From Verrucomicrobiota bacterium (GTDB lineage Bacteria; Verrucomicrobiota; Verrucomicrobiia; Verrucomicrobiales; DEV007), in NCBI GenBank assembly GCA_020630975.1, contig JAHDID010000006.1, forward strand, positions 91,182 to 155,181: 64,000 nucleotides of DNA, read 5' to 3'. Of this stretch, positions 9,616 to 19,922 are shown piece by piece. The notes beneath the pieces are model-generated. The model was not told the origin of the DNA, made no database searches, and saw only the letters and a program-made list of their open reading frames with translations. The position numbers were made by a program, and so were the translations under genes. Position 1 is the stretch's first letter, and each line of letters begins with the position of its first letter.

Positions 9616-11037
9616 TTGAAAAAAATCCTCCAACGGATCAAAGCCCTGCTCCTCGCTTTGCTCCTGTATAATCGGGGCTTGAGCATCGCCACGGTTGCCA
9701 TCGGCATTGCTGGGCTGGTCATTATGGCTGTGGTCGTAGCCCCAGCCTACATGTCTCCGAAAAGTCGGATGTACACCTCTTCCCTTGGCTATGGAGCGAT
9801 GAAGCGGAATCTGAATCTGCCATTCGACGTGAAATCTGCAGAGGTGAAGCGCAAGCGGGTGATCATCCCCTACCTCGGCGAGGGCATCGTATCTGGAGAG
9901 CCCATCCGTGTGCCTCTGATCCCCCTCGCTACCATCACTAAGGTCCATGTAAAAGAAGGCGACCAAGTGAAGAAGGGCGAGCTTTTACTCGAGCTAGAAG
10001 ATACCAAAGCTAGGCGAAATCTGGCAGCAGCAGAGCTAGCACTGGCGACCGTCGAGGCCGAGCTCAAACGAGTCGAGGGCGGATCCGCCTTCGTCTTGAT
10101 AGCCGAGCGCCCCGAACAGGATAAAATCGAACTCGAAGCAGCTAAAAAAGAGCTCATCGTGATCAACGATAAGCTTGCCTCTCTACAAGACCTGATCGAC
10201 AAAGGAATCGCTCCAGCCTTCCGCATCGCCGATATGAGGAAGGAGAAAGCTGCCGCGACCGCAAGGGTAGAGAGTGCTGAGCTATCTATCAAGCGCGCCG
10301 AATCCGGTGTCAGCCAAAGTCTGCTGATCGCCCAAAATGCGGTCGAGGATGCACGCCAAAATGTCGAGTATCGTAAGGTGGAACTCGAAGGGCACAAGAT
10401 TTACGCCCCCAGAGACGGTCTCATCTCCGCTGTTCTGGTAAGGGAGGGTGAATTTAACCAGGACCTCGGTAAACCTGCCTTTCTACTCACGGCAGGCCTA
10501 TGGTTCGAGGGCTTTTTCGATCAGGCCGTGCTCAGTCGGGTGAAGCCTGGTATGAAAGGCTCGATCTTTCTCGAAGCCTTTCCAGGTAGAGAATTCCCAG
10601 CTACCGTCGCTCAGATCATTCCTCAAGTCACCTTCGCGACAGGCGGTCCAGAGATCAATCGCCCAATGCGTCCTCGCGGAACAGGTGCGCCAGAGTGGGC
10701 TGCTACTTTCAGTGTCCGCTTCAGTCTAGATAATCCAGGCGAAGCGACACTGGGTATGACTGGCAATGTGAAGCTGATCGTAGATACCGAGGCCACCGTC
10801 ATCCATCGAAACGCCCTGCTATCCATAGCAGCCGGCCGAGCCATCGTCATCCAAGAAGACGAGATCGATGGCCAATGGCTCCGCATCCCGATCGAAACGG
10901 GCTACATCGGCCACAAATGGGCCGAGGTGAAAAATGGACTAAAGCCGGGTACCTTCGTGCTGGCAGACGGGCATCGCATCCTGCGGGAAGGCGATCAGAT
11001 AAGATCCACGGTGCTAGAGTGGAGCACTGGTGAGTGA
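9616..11037 (+). CDS. Periplasmic adaptor / membrane fusion protein (HlyD/RND-MFP family)
   Basis: N-terminal TM; VHVKEGDQVKKGELLLEL and IYAPRDGLISAVLVREGE lipoyl half-motifs around a coiled coil. Confidence 0.88.
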   Translation: MKKILQRIKALLLALLLYNRGLSIATVAIGIAGLVIMAVVVAPAYMSPKSRMYTSSLGYGAMKRNLNLPFDVKSAEVKRKRVIIPYLGEGIVSGEPIRVPLIPLATITKVHVKEGDQVKKGELLLELEDTKARRNLAAAELALATVEAELKRVEGGSAFVLIAERPEQDKIELEAAKKELIVINDKLASLQDLIDKGIAPAFRIADMRKEKAAATARVESAELSIKRAESGVSQSLLIAQNAVEDARQNVEYRKVELEGHKIYAPRDGLISAVLVREGEFNQDLGKPAFLLTAGLWFEGFFDQAVLSRVKPGMKGSIFLEAFPGREFPATVAQIIPQVTFATGGPEINRPMRPRGTGAPEWAATFSVRFSLDNPGEATLGMTGNVKLIVDTEATVIHRNALLSIAAGRAIVIQEDEIDGQWLRIPIETGYIGHKWAEVKNGLKPGTFVLADGHRILREGDQIRSTVLEWSTGE

Positions 11038-11182
11038 TGCCAGATACTTGCCAGTATTGGCACTACATCGATGAAGCGATGCTTGGTCTGATACCCATCC
11101 GCTCCTGCATCCCTTCATGTCGAAAGACTTAGCATCCTGAAGGAGGGGAGCCGATCAGCTACAAGTTGATCATTCTATCTAC

Positions 11183-11205
11183 GTAGGGTCAGCTTGCAGC
11201 TGACC
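11183..11205 (+). repeat. Single GTAG-headed REP-like hairpin
   Basis: GTAG + GGTCAGCT-TGC-AGCTGACC (perfect 8-bp stem). Only one copy seen. Confidence 0.3.
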
Positions 11206-11263
11206 GACAGGCTGAGGCGCTTAAACCGTAAGCTATATGGAAATCTGAGATTTCCCACAGGGC

Positions 11264-11298
11264 AAAAAAAATTGGAGGCAGTGAACTACCTCCAATTT
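11264..11298 (-). terminator. Intrinsic terminator of the methyltransferase gene
   Basis: Minus strand AAATTGGAGGTAG-TTCA-CTGCCTCCAATTT followed by a T run. Confidence 0.8.
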
Positions 11299-11331
11299 GG
11301 ATTTAGGTTAGAGTTTAGATCTTCTTAGTAT

Positions 11332-12195
11332 TTACACTGTAGCTGACTCTTGCTCTTCTTGAGCAGCAGCAGCGGTGTTGTCATTAGATTGCTCAGCCAC
11401 TTCGTGATGCTGAGTCGTGACTGCAGCTGGCTTTTTGCAGAAGTAAACGATCTCTTCCATCGGTAGCGCATGCTTCTTAGCACGCTCTTCTGGCATCTCC
11501 ATCACCCAGCGATCCTCGACCACTTCGAATCCTGCTTCTTCTAAGCGACGACCATAGTCCATACCGAAAAGGCGAACATGATCATCCTGCCAGAAGTGCT
11601 CCTCACGATCCTTGGGATCGGTGATGCTAGGATCTTCGTAAGTGTCTTCGCGGCTGTAGTCCTGCGGGCTCTGGATCAGTGCCCAGCCACCAGGACGCAG
11701 CACACGGCATAGCTCAGACATCGCTTTGATATCGTCGTCTACGTGCTCCATCACATGGTTACAGAAAGCCACGTCAAAACTATTGTCTCGGAAAGGCAAC
11801 TCATGAACATCACAATGTACGTCCGCTAAAGGGGAAATCAGGTCGGCAGTGACGTACTTGTCGTGAATCTCAAGGTTACGAAAACGGTCCAAAAAGCAAA
11901 ACTCAGGTGCAACGTGAAGAATCTGCTTGGAATCAGTGAAGAAGTCCGTCTTCTCCTGAAGGTAAAGCCACATCAGGCGGTGTCTCTCCAGTGCCAGACA
12001 CTTCGGACACAAGGCATTCTCTCTGGGTTTCAAGCGACCATAGGTCAGGAACTTTGCGTATTTCGCATCGCAGATCGGACACTCAACATCTTTGCCCCTA
12101 TGCATGAGACCAGCCAGGGGGAGTAATTTGTGAGCAAACTTCTGCAACACGTGACGGGGGATCTTCCTCAAAACGAGGCTAGTTATTTTTTTCAT
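11332..12195 (-). CDS. Class I SAM-dependent methyltransferase (type 11) with N-terminal CxxC...CxxC
   Basis: CPICD...CPKCLALERHR, ILHVAPE, LPFRDNSFDVAFCNHVMEHV, RVLRPGG. Start moved to ATG 12195. Confidence 0.88.
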   Translation of the reverse strand: MKKITSLVLRKIPRHVLQKFAHKLLPLAGLMHRGKDVECPICDAKYAKFLTYGRLKPRENALCPKCLALERHRLMWLYLQEKTDFFTDSKQILHVAPEFCFLDRFRNLEIHDKYVTADLISPLADVHCDVHELPFRDNSFDVAFCNHVMEHVDDDIKAMSELCRVLRPGGWALIQSPQDYSREDTYEDPSITDPKDREEHFWQDDHVRLFGMDYGRRLEEAGFEVVEDRWVMEMPEERAKKHALPMEEIVYFCKKPAAVTTQHHEVAEQSNDNTAAAAQEEQESATV

Positions 12196-12475
12196 GAATT
12201 TAAACAATACACCAAAGCTGTACTTCCTTCAATCTCGTTGTTATGGTTTTTATAAAAAATTCAAATATTTTCTCGATTTAAGGGTCTAAAACTTGATGAT
12301 ATTTAAATTTTAATGTAAAATTTTATTAAATTTATAAAAATCTTAATAACCTCGATAGCCCCATAATCCTCAGCCGTATGCCCTCTGGCCACACGCCCCT
12401 GACCTCTCTCCTGGTTCGACATCGAGTTCGATTCAGCGGTCCCGTGTTGTTAGCTTGCCATCCCAAATTCACGAA

Positions 12476-14227
12476 ATGGTCCAACGAGTAAAAGATTTCT
12501 TACTGCTCTGCTGGGCCGTGCTGATATGGCCGTGGCAGAAAGTCTACAATGTCACCATCTTTCTGGGACGACCGGTATACCGCCCCCTCTCCCGTATAGT
12601 AAAATGGGTGATCAGGCTGGGCATCGCTATAGTCAAAAGGCTGCTCAATACTCCTCTAGGTCGGAGAGTATGGGGAATCGCGAAGTCTCTCTGCCACTGG
12701 GCTATCAACTGCGAAGTCGGCCGCTGGCTCAGGCAGCACCTCATAACAGCCAATCCCAACATCCCTAAACTCGTTGGCGATGGGATCGGTGTGGTCGGCC
12801 TCTTGTTCCTCGCTGTCTCTCTCAAAGAAGACTGGTACATCGTCCCAGACCAGATCATAGAAAATGAAGATGGTGACTACATAGTGACCACTCTAAAGAG
12901 TGATTACGAGAAATACCTAAAGGCCATGCTAGCCGCAGCGGCGTTCTTTTTCATCACCGTGATGTTCATTACTCGTAAAGATGTCTTCAAGCGGACACGC
13001 TGGCTAGGCAACTTTGCCTGCCTAGTGTTTGTGACGACATTTCTGTTTTCACAGCTCGTCATTATCGATTCGGAACTCGGGCACCTCGCCGCCGTCCACA
13101 TCTCTCACCATGATAACCTCTGGTGGTATGGTGGCGACATCACCACTAGCCGAGGCCAGGAGGTGTATGGCTATGCTACCGACTATATCGCCAAGGACTT
13201 GCCATTTGCTGTCACAGCGATCCCCGTGCCCTATGCAGCTCAGTCACTAGCCAGCCTAGCAGACTACCTGTCGTGGACTGGTATGTGCCCGGCGTTTTGG
13301 TACTACTTTCAAAAAGGCTGGGGCATGCTCGGGCTTTCAGCGATCTTCTTACTGATCAGCTCGCTATGCGTGAGGCTCGATACCGACCAAAAAGGCCTAG
13401 CCAGCGATGTCGTGGCATGGACGATCAAGCGCGCAGGCAAGGTCATGATACTGTGGTTCTTCCTGATCTTCATCCGTACTCAGCTCTGTGCCCACTATAT
13501 CGAAGAAGCCCGTATAAGCTTCGAAAAGACCGAGATCAAACAAAGCCTCGCCCACCTCGAAACTGTCGGGAAAATCCTGCCCACCATGTACTGGAACAGC
13601 AACCTCACGTTCCAAAGAGGTATGCTAGAGCAACGGGCAGATATGAAGACTCCTGCTGCGGATCTGTACACCGCCTACAACCTCGAGGTCGCTGGCCGAA
13701 ACCAGGCGGCGATCAATATGTACAACGAACTCGTCGAGCAGGAAGTCGATCCCCAAGCTCAACTAGAGGCCTATCGCGGCTTGATGAGGATGGCGATCAT
13801 CGATTTCAACTCTTCTATCTACCCTCGGTATGAGAAATCCATGGCTAGGGTAGAAGAAAAGTACCCCACTCTGGCTAAAATGCTATGGCTCAGATTCATC
13901 ATGGCAGTGCGGAAGCACGACTACTACACCGCCCGTGAATACCAACGGCGGCTCTATGCCAGCGGCAATGCTCAAGCCATGCCTAACAAGCGCGCCTACC
14001 TAGCATCGTCGCACCAGTACATGCAGATGATGGCATTCGATATGGGCAAACCAGACCTCGCCTGGCAACAGAATATCTTCCGGATGGAGCTCCACCCCAA
14101 TGGAGCGAGGAGAGATGATATGCTAGAGGAGTACCCTTTCCTGATTACAGATATCGAGAGAACTCCCACTACAGATAACACCAAAGAGGTCGAAGCAAAA
14201 GCCGCAGAACAGGAGGGCGAAGGCTAG
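12476..14227 (+). CDS. Polytopic membrane protein with C-terminal helical-repeat (TPR-like) region
   Basis: Several hydrophobic segments, then amphipathic helices (e.g. GRNQAAINMYNELVEQ). First ATG is at 12476; ORF track starts at TTG 12455. Confidence 0.65.
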   Translation: MVQRVKDFLLLCWAVLIWPWQKVYNVTIFLGRPVYRPLSRIVKWVIRLGIAIVKRLLNTPLGRRVWGIAKSLCHWAINCEVGRWLRQHLITANPNIPKLVGDGIGVVGLLFLAVSLKEDWYIVPDQIIENEDGDYIVTTLKSDYEKYLKAMLAAAAFFFITVMFITRKDVFKRTRWLGNFACLVFVTTFLFSQLVIIDSELGHLAAVHISHHDNLWWYGGDITTSRGQEVYGYATDYIAKDLPFAVTAIPVPYAAQSLASLADYLSWTGMCPAFWYYFQKGWGMLGLSAIFLLISSLCVRLDTDQKGLASDVVAWTIKRAGKVMILWFFLIFIRTQLCAHYIEEARISFEKTEIKQSLAHLETVGKILPTMYWNSNLTFQRGMLEQRADMKTPAADLYTAYNLEVAGRNQAAINMYNELVEQEVDPQAQLEAYRGLMRMAIIDFNSSIYPRYEKSMARVEEKYPTLAKMLWLRFIMAVRKHDYYTAREYQRRLYASGNAQAMPNKRAYLASSHQYMQMMAFDMGKPDLAWQQNIFRMELHPNGARRDDMLEEYPFLITDIERTPTTDNTKEVEAKAAEQEGEG

Positions 14228-14232
14228 CCCCT

Positions 14233-17200
14233 ATGAGACCGCACCACTGGGTATGGAACAAAGTTGCAGTCACTTCCGTGTTTCTCGCTGCAGCGGCTAT
14301 TACTATGTTCGTATTCGAGTGCTACAGCATCATCAAGCCCCCCGATAAACGCATTTTCCCATTCACCTTCCCCGACGACGCACACTGGATTGTTTCCCAA
14401 GGCGATGAACAGGCTGGTGCCCACTACCGCATCGACTTCGAGATACCCGCTTCCGAGATCGAGATCGCTTGGGCAGCGATCAGCGCCGACAATGGTTTCG
14501 AGATCGTCACCAATGGCAGTCAGAGCGCCAAATGGGAGTTTTTCCGCGGTACACGCCCGTTCGGATCGGGCAATTCAGAGTTTGGCCAAAAGATGTATTA
14601 CGCATCTTCAGCACTAGCGTTGAACTTCCCCCGTGAGTACCAATGGAGTACCCACGCCAACTGGAAGACATCGGTATTTGTGGACCTGACAAAAGACTTC
14701 AAGGCCGGCTCCCACAATAGTATAACCGTACTCGCGCACTCTAGGCATGAGCGTCCCAGCTTCATCCTGACCGGCGAGATCAAACTCAAAAACGGCCAGG
14801 TCATACCACTCCGTAGTAACGATAGTTGGCGGGCCTGCTTCACCACACCCACACACACTAGGCAAGAGTGGATCATCCCGCAGATATCGGTCGACCACTG
14901 GGACTACTGCAAAATCCTAGACCACCTACCTAGGAAACAGTTCAGGCTGATACCTGATGGTATCTTCACAGAAACCTTCCGAGGCGCCTGGCTACCGAAA
15001 TCCGACTCCAAGAAATACCAAACCACATGGGATATCGATGATGTTGATGGCGAAGAGTGGGTCCGTGTGATGTCCACCGAGCCTTATATCCTGAGGATAA
15101 ACGACAAAAACGTTCGCCCAAACTGGGGCCGACGCAACCACTACGCCGAGGGCGGCTGGATGCTAAAAACGACCAATCGAAGCTTCCTACAGATCAAACC
15201 TGAAACCCTAGATACCGATGAGATATCGGATGTGTTTTCAGGAAAAGGCTATCTCAACCCCAAACACGGCCGCCCAAGCGAAAATGAGCCTATCTCCGGT
15301 GAGCGAGAGTACCTATCAGGTCGTGAGATGCAGGACAATCCCGCCTACGGCAACCTCATGAAACGAGCCAATGAGGAATTCCTCGAAAGGCCTTCTCAGG
15401 CTGACCCGATGAATGAAATGGTGAGCACACGTACACCTCCGAGTCTGACCAAAGCCTATCAAGCGCCCAACTACAGTGCTTTTCAGGTCGCGAAATACCT
15501 AAAAAAGGGACGTAATAAGATAGAACTGGAGCTCTACCCCACCTACCGAGAGAGCAAATTCTACGGCCTACAAGCCGAGCGAATCTCAATGGATGCGGGC
15601 GTCATCAATGAAGAAGGGCAGTGCGACTGGGGTATCGATGAATCTACCGAATGGATGACCGATGGCAAAAAGGTACTTGGCGGCCGGATGCCTCTCTCCA
15701 ACCAAAACAAACTCCGCTATTTCCAAACGTGGAAGGAACGAAACCTCTTTTTCCCATATGGCATAGGCACACTGATCGTTGCCTATATCCTGTTATTTTT
15801 AGCAAACGTTTCCAGCCGGAAAGTGCAGAGGTTCCTGAAGTATTATGAGCGCCCTTTTGCAGCCTTTGTGGTGATGCTACTTTGCCTAGGTCTGCTCAAG
15901 TCAGCAATGGCTGAGCGGAGCGAGATCATTTTCTTCGAAGCCAATCCGATGTGGCCGTGGATTCGATTTCTCTCCGCGTTAGGAGTCGCCCTGTGGCTGG
16001 CTTGGCTCCCCATCCAGAAGAAAGAGAAATGGTCAGAGCCCTCCATTTCGAATAAATGGGTCATCTTCGGTATCTTACTCGTGATCTTGACTGTCGCATT
16101 TTGCCTACGCGGCTACAAAATGCACATGCAACCTCTAGACGACGATGAATACGCGTCGGTTCAGGCATCTCTTTCCGTGGCTCGTAAAGGGCTACCCGAA
16201 CTATTTGATGGTATCTTCTACACTCGCGGTCCCCTTTTCCACTACGTTTCCGGAGCCTTAGCCAAGATTTTTGGCTCGACTATCGTGACGCTGCGTTTTT
16301 ACAGCATCGGCGTCGGCGTGCTCTGTATTCTATTCACCTACAACCTATGTTCTCGGGTGCTACAGAACCGTCGAATGGGCCTGGCGGTAGCCATTGTACT
16401 GGCGGTACACCCGTTCTGTGTCTTCACCTCTCATATTGCTCGATTCTATCAGCAACAACAGCTTTTCACCGTCTTAGTGGTACTATTTTTCATCCGAGGT
16501 TTCGTGTATGATGCGCCAAACTGGAAACGCTTCGCCGCCGTTATCTGCTTTGGCGCGGCTACGCTCAGCCAAGAGATCAGTCTGTTGCTCATTGTTCCCT
16601 TAGGGCTGAGTTATGCCACGATGTCGCAAAAACAGTCTTGGGCAAACGAACTGAAATTCGTTTACTGCGGTTGCCTAGTGGTAGCCTGCATCGGCATCAA
16701 TATGGTGATCTTCCAATTCCTATGTCTCACTCGGACGTCAGGAAAATCGGCCACTGTGGAGTCGACTTTGACTCCCCACTTCTGGGAGCCGATGAATGCA
16801 TTTAGCCAGTGGATCTGTTACTCGAGACTTCACATTTTCTTCGGCCTATTTTCATTCATCGGTATGGCAGTCGCGATGCGACGACGAGATATGGGTATCA
16901 TTGCTGTCACCTTTTTCCTAGTATTCGGAGTTCTTACCACGGTGATCCTCGTGACGGGCTTGGGATTTCGGTACCAGTATTCGTACACCCCACTATTCTT
17001 CGTGGTGGCAATCTATGGCATTCACTTTGTCTGCAGCTACGTGTCGGAGGGACGAGGCCGACAGGCGCGGATTGTCGTCTCTGGTCTCGTCGTGGGTATC
17101 GGTATACTCAGTTTCAGCCCATGGCGTATCTTCGACAGCTACGACGAGCGTATTTTGCCCGACTCCTCGAGTGCGACCAACTTTGTGAAAGCCAACTTCC

Positions 17201-17610
17201 GTCCTGGCGATAAGGTGGCTATCAATGAGCCTCATCCACATGCTGCCTTGATCGAGATAGGTCACTCCAACTACGATATCTGTCAGCCGATTCTCTATGA
17301 CTTTGTATTTCGCGAGAAAGACGGTCGCCTGATCGATCGCAACGGCGGTGCGGAGTCGGTGGGCCGAGTGAGCGTGATTCAGCGCATCATGGCTCAGCAC
17401 GATCGGATCTGGTTCATCCTAAACCGAGAGAAATTTAAGAACCGTGCCCGAAACCTGCGCTGGGAGTATCCCGGAGCTAGACTTGACCTGCTGGTGAGGA
17501 AGAACTGCCCTCTCATGTACCAGGCCTACTCCTGGGAGGTCTACCTATGGGACCGCGGAAATGGGCGTTTTCACCCATTCCGCATGGAACCCGAAGGCTT
17601 TAGCGAGTGA
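14233..17610 (+). CDS. GT-C fold glycosyltransferase (GT39/ArnT/PMT-like) with large extracytoplasmic N-terminal region
   Basis: 1125 aa; LDDDEY acidic loop after a TM, YTRGPLFHY, R.ARFYQ; many TMs; N-terminal jelly-roll-like segment AWAAISADNGFEIVTNG. Confidence 0.75.
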   Translation: MRPHHWVWNKVAVTSVFLAAAAITMFVFECYSIIKPPDKRIFPFTFPDDAHWIVSQGDEQAGAHYRIDFEIPASEIEIAWAAISADNGFEIVTNGSQSAKWEFFRGTRPFGSGNSEFGQKMYYASSALALNFPREYQWSTHANWKTSVFVDLTKDFKAGSHNSITVLAHSRHERPSFILTGEIKLKNGQVIPLRSNDSWRACFTTPTHTRQEWIIPQISVDHWDYCKILDHLPRKQFRLIPDGIFTETFRGAWLPKSDSKKYQTTWDIDDVDGEEWVRVMSTEPYILRINDKNVRPNWGRRNHYAEGGWMLKTTNRSFLQIKPETLDTDEISDVFSGKGYLNPKHGRPSENEPISGEREYLSGREMQDNPAYGNLMKRANEEFLERPSQADPMNEMVSTRTPPSLTKAYQAPNYSAFQVAKYLKKGRNKIELELYPTYRESKFYGLQAERISMDAGVINEEGQCDWGIDESTEWMTDGKKVLGGRMPLSNQNKLRYFQTWKERNLFFPYGIGTLIVAYILLFLANVSSRKVQRFLKYYERPFAAFVVMLLCLGLLKSAMAERSEIIFFEANPMWPWIRFLSALGVALWLAWLPIQKKEKWSEPSISNKWVIFGILLVILTVAFCLRGYKMHMQPLDDDEYASVQASLSVARKGLPELFDGIFYTRGPLFHYVSGALAKIFGSTIVTLRFYSIGVGVLCILFTYNLCSRVLQNRRMGLAVAIVLAVHPFCVFTSHIARFYQQQQLFTVLVVLFFIRGFVYDAPNWKRFAAVICFGAATLSQEISLLLIVPLGLSYATMSQKQSWANELKFVYCGCLVVACIGINMVIFQFLCLTRTSGKSATVESTLTPHFWEPMNAFSQWICYSRLHIFFGLFSFIGMAVAMRRRDMGIIAVTFFLVFGVLTTVILVTGLGFRYQYSYTPLFFVVAIYGIHFVCSYVSEGRGRQARIVVSGLVVGIGILSFSPWRIFDSYDERILPDSSSATNFVKANFRPGDKVAINEPHPHAALIEIGHSNYDICQPILYDFVFREKDGRLIDRNGGAESVGRVSVIQRIMAQHDRIWFILNREKFKNRARNLRWEYPGARLDLLVRKNCPLMYQAYSWEVYLWDRGNGRFHPFRMEPEGFSE

Positions 17611-18592
17611 CCTCAGCCTCGTTACTCGCTGGCTGCGACTCAGGCTCTTTACCCGAAAGGTATTGGCTAACCAGAATACCTGCTAAAGCAACCATCTCGA
17701 CAGCTAACTGCAAACCGCGCCAAAGGACGGCTGAAGCAGCCGCCACGGTGAGCAAACCAAGTGGCTGGAAAATCGCGGCCACTACACCCTCTCGTATCCC
17801 CATACCACCGGGTACACCGACTGCGACTAGACCGACGAGCCAACCTAAAGCATTCGCTCCAGCTGCTGGCAGAAATCCAATCGTCTCGTTACCGGCTAAA
17901 GCGAGAAAACAAAAGTAAAAGCCAAAGCTATATACCAGGTTTAGCACGATATACTCCACCAGCGCCTGTGTTATCTTTTTGGGATGCTTCACCTCTCCGA
18001 CTAGAGATACAAACAGGCCCTTAAACTTTTGCACAATCTTCAGTTTCGAATATTTGAGCACACAAAAAACCATCACCCCCGAACCAATAGCAAGGCTCGC
18101 GACAATGATTGCAAACGACAGGTAGTCAATATCTAGCTGATCGATCAAAGTCAGGATGAACCCTCCCGCGCACAAACCAAAGACAGCGATGACAGACCAC
18201 GAAATGACGGTCAAACTCAGCTCCAAAGTCAGGCTAAGACCGCCGATCACCTTGTTGCCGCCAAATTTACCCGCCTCCACAGCTCTGGAGGCGTAGCCCC
18301 AGAAACTGCCAGGCAGCCATCTGAGTGCCTCGCATTTCATCCAGGTCATCGCGGCCTCTCGCCTCTTCACTGGGACGCCAAACGACTGTAGCACCACACC
18401 CCATATCGAAGCATTTATCGGTAGGTAAACAATTGCCAACAAGAAAGCGGCAACCACCCATATCCAATTGGCCTCAGTGAGTAATTCCACTATCTTTTCG
18501 CGCATGCCATACAGCGCGACTCCCATCAGTACTAGGACGATGGGAAGAAAAAACGGCTTAATGACTGTGAACAGTTTCTTTAGCGCTTTCAT
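17600..18592 (-). CDS. Lysylphosphatidylglycerol synthase TM / UPF0104 putative flippase
   Basis: About 8 TMs; RWLPGSFW..ASR and VPGGMGIREG motifs. Confidence 0.82.
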   Translation of the reverse strand: MKALKKLFTVIKPFFLPIVLVLMGVALYGMREKIVELLTEANWIWVVAAFLLAIVYLPINASIWGVVLQSFGVPVKRREAAMTWMKCEALRWLPGSFWGYASRAVEAGKFGGNKVIGGLSLTLELSLTVISWSVIAVFGLCAGGFILTLIDQLDIDYLSFAIIVASLAIGSGVMVFCVLKYSKLKIVQKFKGLFVSLVGEVKHPKKITQALVEYIVLNLVYSFGFYFCFLALAGNETIGFLPAAGANALGWLVGLVAVGVPGGMGIREGVVAAIFQPLGLLTVAAASAVLWRGLQLAVEMVALAGILVSQYLSGKEPESQPASNEAEVTR

Positions 18593-19880
18593 AGTCTAGC
18601 GTTTTACTCGTAGCAGGCTGCACACTGTGGCTCACCATCTTAGGATGTTCGTCTGCCGCTGCCACTTCGTCTAAGATATCTGACAGGCGCAGGATGATAT
18701 TATCCCACGAAAAGAACTTCACTCCAAACTCGAAGCCACTCTGCCCCAGGGCTGCCGCTTCGTCTGGATTCGCCAGTAAGTACGTGATTTTATCAGCCAA
18801 TTGAGCCGGTTGCTTTTCATCGACTAACAAGCCACTGACACCCTCTTTGATCACATCGACGATACCGCCGACGGCAGAAGCCACGACAGGCTTTTTATTG
18901 GCCAGGGCCTCTACTAGCACCACGCCCAGACCTTCGGTGTCACCACGGCTGTCGATGATCGATGGGTGAACGTAGATGGTACAATTACGATACAGGTCAG
19001 ATAGCTCTTCGTTCGAGATGTACCCTGTCATCGTCACAGAGTCTTCGAGCTTCAGCTTCTTGATCCATTCTTCGCACTCGGCACGCTTATCGCCGTCGCT
19101 GGTGATCACCAGCTGCGCGTCTGGATAGACTTCTAGCACCTGTGGCATAGCCTGTATCAGATAGGGATACCCTTTTCTCTCGATCACCCGGCCACAAGAC
19201 AGCAGTAAAGGAGCCTTTGTCTCTGATTGAGTCAATTCGGCCTCTACCTCCTTGGCCTGATTCTGTACAGTAGACCCATAAGTCACGATCTCGATCGCCA
19301 AGTCTTCACACTTAGGCAGGCTACGAATTTGTGCTTCGGTATGCGAGCTGTTGCAATACACCAAGTCGGAATGACGCAAACACCAGCTGAGTACACGCTG
19401 CAAATGAGGTTTGTTTCGCACAATGCATAGCTCCGCGCCATGGCACACTGATACGATTTTAGTGCCGGCGATACGTGCTCCTGCCCAGGCCATCAGGCCG
19501 TGGGGAAATGGCCAGTGTACCTTGACGATGTCGGGTCGATTCTTGATCAAATACCGAGTGGTGTAGGCAAACCCTGCCACCAGGTACGGGATGGCTCTGA
19601 GCTTAGTCAGCGGGTGATTAATCTTGTTGGGCGCACCAGAATCATGCGTCAAATTCTCACTCCCTTTGGGTAGGTAGCGGTAGCGGTTCACCTTGATACC
19701 ATCGATAGAATGCGATTCTAGCCCCTCAAAGGCTGGTGCGATCACCTCTACCTGGTGACCCAAATCTTTGAGCCTTATATTCGTCTCCCGCATCCAGGGG
19801 ACTTGGGGATCGGTATCGTATCTGGCGTATGTCGAGGTGAGAACGGCTATCGATGGGAGTTTTTTGTACAGGGAGTTCAT
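18558..19880 (-). CDS. Glycosyltransferase family 4
   Basis: GRVIERKG, EGLGVVLVEALANKKPVVASAVGGI. Confidence 0.93.
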   Translation of the reverse strand: MNSLYKKLPSIAVLTSTYARYDTDPQVPWMRETNIRLKDLGHQVEVIAPAFEGLESHSIDGIKVNRYRYLPKGSENLTHDSGAPNKINHPLTKLRAIPYLVAGFAYTTRYLIKNRPDIVKVHWPFPHGLMAWAGARIAGTKIVSVCHGAELCIVRNKPHLQRVLSWCLRHSDLVYCNSSHTEAQIRSLPKCEDLAIEIVTYGSTVQNQAKEVEAELTQSETKAPLLLSCGRVIERKGYPYLIQAMPQVLEVYPDAQLVITSDGDKRAECEEWIKKLKLEDSVTMTGYISNEELSDLYRNCTIYVHPSIIDSRGDTEGLGVVLVEALANKKPVVASAVGGIVDVIKEGVSGLLVDEKQPAQLADKITYLLANPDEAAALGQSGFEFGVKFFSWDNIILRLSDILDEVAAADEHPKMVSHSVQPATSKTLDYESAKETVHSH

Positions 19881-19922
19881 TGTTTTGTTTTTGGGAGGAG
19901 GGAAAAAAGGAGGGAAAACAGT

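Noticed and set aside
12413-12435. tRNA fragment (GGTTCGA / GTTCGATTC)
   Set aside because: No cloverleaf can be built; no tRNA or rRNA found in the window.
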